Assembly: GCA_020354005.1 (NCBI GenBank)
Contig: CP070637.1
Span: 1,869,049 to 1,931,487 of the forward strand
Source: Ignavibacterium sp.
GTDB lineage: Bacteria > Bacteroidota > Ignavibacteria > Ignavibacteriales > Ignavibacteriaceae
DNA length: 62,439 bases
Reading direction: 5' to 3'
In this document: in pieces, positions 38,542 to 44,960 of the stretch
How positions within the stretch are numbered: position 1 is the first letter of the stretch
How the letters are laid out: the number at the start of each line of letters is the position of its first letter
The notes under the pieces: generated by a model
The model's input: only the letters and a program-made list of their open reading frames with translations
Database searches by the model: none
What the model was told of the DNA's origin: nothing
Program-made: the position numbers and the translations under genes

Positions 38542-40872
38542 TTACCATTTAACAATAATTCCAACTGAGGGAATAAACGGAAAAAGTGTAATTTGCTTTA
38601 CAACAGGTACCGGTTTTCCATTATCATTCTCCTCCAATACAACGTAGCGTGCAAAAGGATTATCACGATTGTAAACATTGTACAGATTTATGTAAGTTTC
38701 AAATTGTGAATTAAGCCAAATAAAATTATATGTGGCATTTAAGTCTAACCTATGATATGAAGGAAACTGAGTTGAGTTTATCTCAGAGTAGTTAAATTGT
38801 ACTTCACTATTTGTTCCTATCCCAATTGGATTAAAAATAAACTGACCGGGTGGTAATGTGTACCACTGGCCGGTAGCATAAGACCAGGTTGCACTTAAAT
38901 TCAGTTTTTTAAAGATATCGTAAGCAACCGCAACTGAAATATCATGACGTCTGTCATAACGTGGGTAGAATAACCTTCCATTGTTTAATTCTGAAAATTG
39001 ACGTTGTGTCCACGATAAAGTATATCCGATCCAACCGGTTAATCTTCCTATACCTTTGTTCAGGAAAAATTCTATACCATACGATTCGCCATTTCCCTGT
39101 GTGAATTGTTCTTCTATATTTTTATTTATTGGATCTAGCTGAGGATTGTTAACAAATTCATATAAACCGATCATATCTTTATAATATCCCTCAACACTCA
39201 ATAAATATTCCTTGTTATTCCAGTATGAATTAAATCCAATAACAAATTGAGTTGATCTGCTTGGATCTATCAATGATGTTGAGGGGTACCAAAGATCGGT
39301 AGGCAAAGTAATATCATTTCTTATAAGAAAATGAATGAATTGATGAACAACTGCAAAACCACCTTTGAGAATTAAATTTGGGTTAAAAGAATAAGAAAAT
39401 GAAATTCTTGGTTCAAATCTTAAGAACTTCTGTTCGTTAAAATAGTACAACCTACCTCCATAATTCGCCCAGAATTCAGGGGTAAACTGAGATTCAGCCT
39501 GAACATAAAATGATGCTTCAATCGATGTAATATCATCACCTGCATATGGATCCCTTTCAAGCACATCCGAGTAAACATCACTATATACCAGATTGTAGTT
39601 GTGCAAGAATAATTCAAATCCCATTTTGAATGTATGGTCCTGATGCCATATAATTTCTGCATTTTGTCTAAAACTTAAATCTGTGAGATTGGAATTAGAG
39701 AAGTAGGTATAGGACGTTACACTTGTGGGATTAACACCGATTTTTGATGAAAAATCATAATTAACAAAACTCAATATCGAATTTAGAAAGAGTGATTTAG
39801 TGCTTGCCTGCTGCCAGTTTAAACTAAGATTTACATTACTCCAGGAAATATCATAATCGGTACCTGTTGCGTTTGAAGGACTATATGCGTGATCTTGATT
39901 ATAGAGAGCACTCAACGAGAGAGTATTTCTTTCAGTTAGTAAAAATGTGATCTTTCCATTAAGATCAACAAAGTTATATCGGGGTACCCTACTGGAAGTT
40001 CTGAAATTCTTTTGAATAAGATCATAATACATTGCTCGTCCCGAGATCATATAAGTGCTCTTTTCTGATAATGGACCCTCAAAAGATGCAAATGAATTAA
40101 TGAGTCCAACTCCTATTACACCTTTCTCTTTTTCTTTAGTGCCCGATTTTAATTTTATATCAAGCACTCCAGAAAGCCGCCCGCCGTACTCAGCAGGAAA
40201 CGCACCTTTAATCAATCTTACATCTCCCAAAGCATTTGAGTTGAAGGTGCTTGCTATATTACCAAGATGTGCCGGATTATAGACAACAACTCCATCGACC
40301 AAGGTTAAAGTCTGGTCCGGTGAACCACCTCGCACATATAATCCTGATGATATGTCCGATGCTTTATTCACACCGGGGAGCATTTCTAATGATTTAAATA
40401 AATCGACCTCACCACTTATCGTCGGCAGTTTTTCTAAGAGCTCCGGAGAAACATCGATAAGACTGGAAATATTCTTTTCAATTTTTTTCCCTTCAACAAC
40501 AACCTCATCTAACTTAATACTATCTGCGTACATTTCGATGTTAAGTGTTTGATAAGAAGTATCTCCTATGAGAGATAATTGTCTAATTGTAGTTTTGTAA
40601 CCAATGTGTCTAAAGATAAATATGTACAGGCCTCTTTCTAACGAAGGAACCACATAAAATCCATACCTGTTTGCTGAGGAGCCTGTGAACGGCTGTTCAT
40701 TTATATTTAGAGAATCTTTGTACACAAGAATATTTGTACCAATTAGTGCTTCACCCGTAACAACGTCAGTAATAAAACCAGAAACACTAACCTTTGATTC
40801 TTGTGCAAATATTGTATTAAGATAGATGGAAAGTTGAGTTGAGATGAGCAGTATCAGGATTAAGAATATCAA
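38542..40872 (-). CDS. TonB-dependent receptor with an N-terminal carboxypeptidase-regulatory-like domain
   Basis: 776 aa.
- CarboxypepD_reg-like segment: VSGFITDVVTGEALIGTNILV.
- Plug domain: EVVVEG...LPGV......GLYVRGGSPDQTLTLVDG..VYNP.HL.
- Long beta-barrel ending in IIVKW.
- TTG start as tracked. Confidence 0.9.
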   Translation of the reverse strand: MIFLILILLISTQLSIYLNTIFAQESKVSVSGFITDVVTGEALIGTNILVYKDSLNINEQPFTGSSANRYGFYVVPSLERGLYIFIFRHIGYKTTIRQLSLIGDTSYQTLNIEMYADSIKLDEVVVEGKKIEKNISSLIDVSPELLEKLPTISGEVDLFKSLEMLPGVNKASDISSGLYVRGGSPDQTLTLVDGVVVYNPAHLGNIASTFNSNALGDVRLIKGAFPAEYGGRLSGVLDIKLKSGTKEKEKGVIGVGLINSFASFEGPLSEKSTYMISGRAMYYDLIQKNFRTSSRVPRYNFVDLNGKITFLLTERNTLSLSALYNQDHAYSPSNATGTDYDISWSNVNLSLNWQQASTKSLFLNSILSFVNYDFSSKIGVNPTSVTSYTYFSNSNLTDLSFRQNAEIIWHQDHTFKMGFELFLHNYNLVYSDVYSDVLERDPYAGDDITSIEASFYVQAESQFTPEFWANYGGRLYYFNEQKFLRFEPRISFSYSFNPNLILKGGFAVVHQFIHFLIRNDITLPTDLWYPSTSLIDPSRSTQFVIGFNSYWNNKEYLLSVEGYYKDMIGLYEFVNNPQLDPINKNIEEQFTQGNGESYGIEFFLNKGIGRLTGWIGYTLSWTQRQFSELNNGRLFYPRYDRRHDISVAVAYDIFKKLNLSATWSYATGQWYTLPPGQFIFNPIGIGTNSEVQFNYSEINSTQFPSYHRLDLNATYNFIWLNSQFETYINLYNVYNRDNPFARYVVLEENDNGKPVPVVKQITLFPFIPSVGIIVKW

Positions 40873-41001
40873 TTCTTTTACTACGGTAATTAAATTAAAA
40901 CATTTCCCGTAAAGAAATAATAAAAATTGAAGTCATTATCAAACACATAATTTCCTCAATCGTATGATTTTATTTATATGAGATGATAGTGTAGTGATAA
41001 T

Positions 41002-41033
41002 ACAAAAAAGCCGGCTAGTAATTTAGCCGGCTT
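41002..41033 (-). terminator. strong intrinsic-terminator-like hairpin with its T-run on the minus strand, and no obvious gene to terminate
   Basis: In aaaaaagccggcta gtaattt agccggctt, the 9-bp GC-rich stem pairs 41008..41016 with 41025..41033. On the minus strand the stem is followed by tttttt. It lies about 130 nt upstream of the TonB receptor start codon. Confidence 0.5.
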
Positions 41034-41282
41034 CTTTGAGGTGGTTGAGTTGAGTATGGCAATCTTAAATGTATTTTCTTTAAGTAAGTGTAAGTTATAT
41101 GAGGGTGATAACTTAACACTGTATATTCAAATATTTAGAAAGAACTTTATCAAATCTGTGATTAACTATTTTCAATTCGTATGCCATTGAGAGTATAAAC
41201 GTCAATCTTAGCGCAAACCTGCCATATTCGTCGGTATTAAGATGTTTTTGAATTTTTGAAGAAATGAAAATGATTTGAATCT

Positions 41283-41301
41283 GAATTATTCAGAATAATT
41301 C
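41283..41301. promoter_or_regulatory. perfect 9-1-9 palindrome GAATTATTC A GAATAATTC (candidate dimeric regulator site)
   Basis: Read directly from the sequence. It lies in the 730-bp non-coding region between the TonB receptor gene and tRNA-Asn. Confidence 0.3.
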
Positions 41302-41602
41302 GGGTAGATATTATCAATAGTTTGGTAGTATTTACCTGTAATAATTTCTAAAATGGTATAAATGGAAAATAATTTATTCATTTTTTAGAGTGTTTTAATT
41401 TCTTTTTATGACAAAATTGTCGTTTTATCTATTATCATTTCCCTTTAAATTGAAAAGAATTTTTAAATATTTATGGCTCTGGATAGATATCAATTTCATA
41501 ATTAATTGATTTTCAAGATACAATACCTTTAATAGTGTCATTTATAGAGAACTTGTAAAAATTCAAGTATGCACCTATATTTGTTTTCGTTTTGAAAAAT
41601 AT

Positions 41603-41674
<72 letters not shown>

Positions 41675-41685
41675 CAAAAATTGAA

Positions 41686-41711
41686 ATCCTGATATGTATC
41701 GGGATTTTTTA
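41686..41711 (+). terminator. rho-independent terminator after tRNA-Asn
   Basis: atcctgat atgt atcgggat forms an 8-bp stem with one G-U pair, followed by tttttt. Confidence 0.7.
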
Positions 41712-41834
41712 ATTAATACCTATACTAGTATACATTAACACACTTTTTGTAGGAAGCAATTACCATTCTTCTCATGATATCCAACTATTAGTCGCCCGAG
41801 AATTTTTTACCATCGCGTATTTGGTTAATTTTAG

Positions 41835-41861
41835 GTTCACAAAAATTCTTTTATTGTGAAC
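41835..41861. promoter_or_regulatory. 8-bp perfect inverted repeat GTTCACAA-N11-TTGTGAAC upstream of gdh (candidate operator)
   Basis: Read directly from the sequence. Its centre is about 55 nt upstream of the gdh ATG. The half-sites contain TCACA / TGTGA, but in the opposite relative order to a CRP/FNR box. Confidence 0.35.
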
Positions 41862-41901
41862 GAATTTGGGTTCCTTTGCTGTTAATCATTGAGGTAGAAT
41901 A

Positions 41902-43188
41902 ATGAACAAAAAATCTTATAATCCTTTCGAAACTGCTCAGGCAAAATTCGATCAGGCTGCAGAGTTGTTAGAGTTAGATAAAGCCACAAGAGAATTATTA
42001 CGATATCCACTTAGAGAATATCACTTCAGTATACCTGTGCGTATGGATGACGGCAGTGTAAATGTATTTAGAGGTTTCAGAGTGCAGCATAATGATGCAC
42101 GTGGACCTGCAAAAGGGGGAATACGATTTCACCCGCAGGAAACAATCGATACAGTCCGCGCACTTTCAATGTGGATGACCTGGAAGACAGCTGTAGTTGA
42201 CTTACCATTAGGCGGCGGGAAGGGCGGCGTTATCTGTGATCCTCATTCCTTAAGTGCTACTGAACAGGAAAAACTTTGCCGTGGCTGGGTTCGGCAGATT
42301 TTTAAAAATGTAGGCCCGAATGAAGACGTTCCTGCACCCGATGTGATGACAAGCGCACAGCATATGTTGTGGATGCTTGATGAATTTGAAGTACTCAATG
42401 GTGCAAAGAGCCCTGGATTTATTACAGGCAAGCCTGTAGGTATGGGCGGCTCGCTTGGAAGAAGAGAAGCGACAGGATATGGTGTAATGATTACCGTTCG
42501 TGAAGCGTTAAAAGAATTAAGTATAAAACCGCAGGACACTACTGCAAGTTTTCAGGGATTTGGAAATGTTTCTCAATACGCTCTGGAACTATATAACCAG
42601 ATGGGCGGCAGTGCAATTTGTGTTTCTTGTTGGGATCAGGAAGATCAGACCAGCTATTCATTCAAGAAAAAAGATGGCATTGATCTGAAAGAGCTGATGG
42701 ATATTACCGATATCTTTGGCAGCATTGATAAAACAAAGGCTAAAGAATTAGAATATGAAGTTTTACCTGGTGATGCGTGGATTGAACAGGAAGTAGATAT
42801 CTTAATGCCCGCTGCATTGGAAAATCAGATTAATGAGGATAATGTTTCAAAGATAAGTAACCAGGTTAAGATAATAGCTGAAGGTGCAAATGGACCAACA
42901 ACCAATGAAGCTGATGAAGTGATAACTGAAAGAAATATTTTTGTCATTCCTGATTTTCTTGCAAACGCCGGTGGTGTTACCTGCAGCTATTTTGAACAAG
43001 TGCAAAGCAACACCAATAACTACTGGGAAAAGGATGAAGTGCTTGCCAAGCTTGATTACAAGATGAGATCTGCTTTTGTTGCGGTTAATGATTTTGCTAA
43101 AAGTCATAAATTGAATATGCGGGATGCAGCTTATGCAATTGCAGTAGACCGTGTTGCTCATGCTTGCCACGATAGAGGATGGGTGTAA
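41902..43188 (+). CDS. gdhA: glutamate dehydrogenase (Glu/Leu/Phe/Val dehydrogenase family, about 47-kDa type)
   Basis: 428 aa. Motifs: GPAKGGIRFHP, the catalytic-Lys region LGGGKGG, GFGNV in the dinucleotide fold, EGANGPTT and ANAGGVT.SYFE. Confidence 0.93.
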   Translation: MNKKSYNPFETAQAKFDQAAELLELDKATRELLRYPLREYHFSIPVRMDDGSVNVFRGFRVQHNDARGPAKGGIRFHPQETIDTVRALSMWMTWKTAVVDLPLGGGKGGVICDPHSLSATEQEKLCRGWVRQIFKNVGPNEDVPAPDVMTSAQHMLWMLDEFEVLNGAKSPGFITGKPVGMGGSLGRREATGYGVMITVREALKELSIKPQDTTASFQGFGNVSQYALELYNQMGGSAICVSCWDQEDQTSYSFKKKDGIDLKELMDITDIFGSIDKTKAKELEYEVLPGDAWIEQEVDILMPAALENQINEDNVSKISNQVKIIAEGANGPTTNEADEVITERNIFVIPDFLANAGGVTCSYFEQVQSNTNNYWEKDEVLAKLDYKMRSAFVAVNDFAKSHKLNMRDAAYAIAVDRVAHACHDRGWV

Positions 43189-43219
43189 TAAGTTAATTAA
43201 TGTCAATTAATATTATTAG

Positions 43220-44947
43220 ATGATAGCAGGAAACAAAAAACAACTTCCCGAATTTTCAGAAAAGTTTTTTAATTCAAGTGAGCAGATTACCGGCATTGGA
43301 ACCGGTGAGTATGGTGGCAAAGCGAGCGGTCTTATCTTTATAAATGATATACTTAACTCAAAGTTTAATGCTGATGAATTCCCTGACTTTACTGTAAATA
43401 TTCCTGCTATGACTGTAATTCCGACTGATGTATTCGATACATTTTTGCAGCGGAACAATCTTTATGATATTGCAACTTCAGATGAAAGTGATGATAACAA
43501 AGCGCTGGCGTTCCAAAAAGCAGATCTTCCGTTTGAAATACTTGGTGACTTAAGAAGATTGATTTCAAATGTTAAAAGTCCATTAGCCATTCGTTCTTCC
43601 AGTATGCTTGAGGATGCTATCCACGAGCCTTTTGCTGGAATTTATTCAACTAAGATGACTCCGAATAACCAACCGGAAATTGATACAAGATTTCAGAAGT
43701 TGGTTGAAGCAATTAAACTGGTTTATGTTTCGGTATACTTTAAGTCAGCTAGGGATTATATGGCAGCAACCAAACATAATATTGATGAAGAAAAAATGGC
43801 TGTAATAATTCAGGAGGTTGTTGGTAACCGGCATGGCGATCGTTACTATCCTGAACTTTCCGGTGTTGCGCGCTCATATAATTTCTACCCATTCGGAAAT
43901 TCAAAACCTGAACAAGGCGTGGTTAACCTTGCCTTTGGGTTGGGTAAAACAATAGTAGATGGTGGGGTATCCTGGGTATATTCACCAACCTTACCGAAAG
44001 AGGGTCCACCATATGGTTCGGTAGGTGAATTGATGAAGCAGACACAAACGAAGTTCTGGACGGTAAATATGGGTAAACCACAAGATTATGATCCCATAAA
44101 CGAAATAGAGTTTATGAATAATGAGAATATAACTACTTCAGAGGCTGATGATACATTGAATTACGTTGCGTCAACTTATATAGCAAGTTCAGATAGAATT
44201 TCAATCGGTGTCGGCTCTCCTGGTCCTCGGATTATAAACTTTGCTCGCATTTTAGTGCTGAATGATGTGCCTTTAAACAATTTAATTAAATCACTACTAT
44301 CAATGTGTGAGGAAGCTCTTAAAACACCTGTGGAGATTGAATTTGCAGTTACATTTAATCCACACCGGTTTGGTTTTCTGCAGGTAAGGCCTATGGTTGT
44401 TTCCACAGATGAAATTGAAGTTGCTGAAGAAGAACTATCAGCCAAAAATATCTTAGTAGCATCAGATAATGTATTAGGCAATGGAATAAATGATACCATA
44501 ACTGATATCGTTTATGTTGTCCCCGAAAAGTTCGAGAAAAAGTACACCAATCAAATTGCAAATGAACTGGAAGCAATTAATAAAAATCTTGTTAAGGAAG
44601 GTAAACCTTATCTTCTAATTGGATTTGGGAGATGGGGTAGCTCTGACTCTTGGCTTGGGATACCTGTTAATTGGGGTCAGGTATCCGGTGCTAAAGCTGT
44701 TGTGGAAGCTGCACTGGAAAAGATGAACATTGAGTTCAGTCAGGGTTCTCATTTCTTTCATAATCTTACAAGCTTTAAAGTAAGTTATTTCTCTGTTAAA
44801 GAAGCTGATACAAAAAAAATAAATTGGAATTGGCTGAAAGATCAGAAGACTAAACAAGAAACTGAATTTATTCGTCACGTTAAGTTGTCTTCACCTTTAA
44901 AGATTAAAGTTGATGGCAGGAGAGGACGTGGAGTAATAATAATTTAA
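43220..44947 (+). CDS. PEP/pyruvate-binding (PPDK_N ATP-grasp) domain protein lacking the PEP-utiliser TIM barrel; paralogue A
   Basis: 575 aa.
- PPDK_N hallmarks: YGGKASGL, LAIRSSSMLEDAIHEPFAGIYST, MAVIIQEVVG, GLGKTIVDGG, PVEIEFAV, FLQVRP.
- C-terminal module: LLIGFGRWGSSDSWLGIPV...SQGSHFFHNL, shared with the next gene.
- It lies 31 nt after gdh. Confidence 0.8.
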   Translation: MIAGNKKQLPEFSEKFFNSSEQITGIGTGEYGGKASGLIFINDILNSKFNADEFPDFTVNIPAMTVIPTDVFDTFLQRNNLYDIATSDESDDNKALAFQKADLPFEILGDLRRLISNVKSPLAIRSSSMLEDAIHEPFAGIYSTKMTPNNQPEIDTRFQKLVEAIKLVYVSVYFKSARDYMAATKHNIDEEKMAVIIQEVVGNRHGDRYYPELSGVARSYNFYPFGNSKPEQGVVNLAFGLGKTIVDGGVSWVYSPTLPKEGPPYGSVGELMKQTQTKFWTVNMGKPQDYDPINEIEFMNNENITTSEADDTLNYVASTYIASSDRISIGVGSPGPRIINFARILVLNDVPLNNLIKSLLSMCEEALKTPVEIEFAVTFNPHRFGFLQVRPMVVSTDEIEVAEEELSAKNILVASDNVLGNGINDTITDIVYVVPEKFEKKYTNQIANELEAINKNLVKEGKPYLLIGFGRWGSSDSWLGIPVNWGQVSGAKAVVEAALEKMNIEFSQGSHFFHNLTSFKVSYFSVKEADTKKINWNWLKDQKTKQETEFIRHVKLSSPLKIKVDGRRGRGVIII

Positions 44948-44960
44948 TGGTTGGTTGGAA

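Noticed and set aside
41041-41541. Small minus-strand ORFs in the long intergenic region, which might be served by the orphan terminator. They are 41187..41113 (24 codons incl. stop), 41541..41425 (39 codons incl. stop) and 41499..41425 (25 codons incl. stop).
   Set aside because: They are very short, lack a convincing RBS, have low-complexity AT-driven sequences, and end 80 to 390 nt before the hairpin. They are not supportable from sequence alone.
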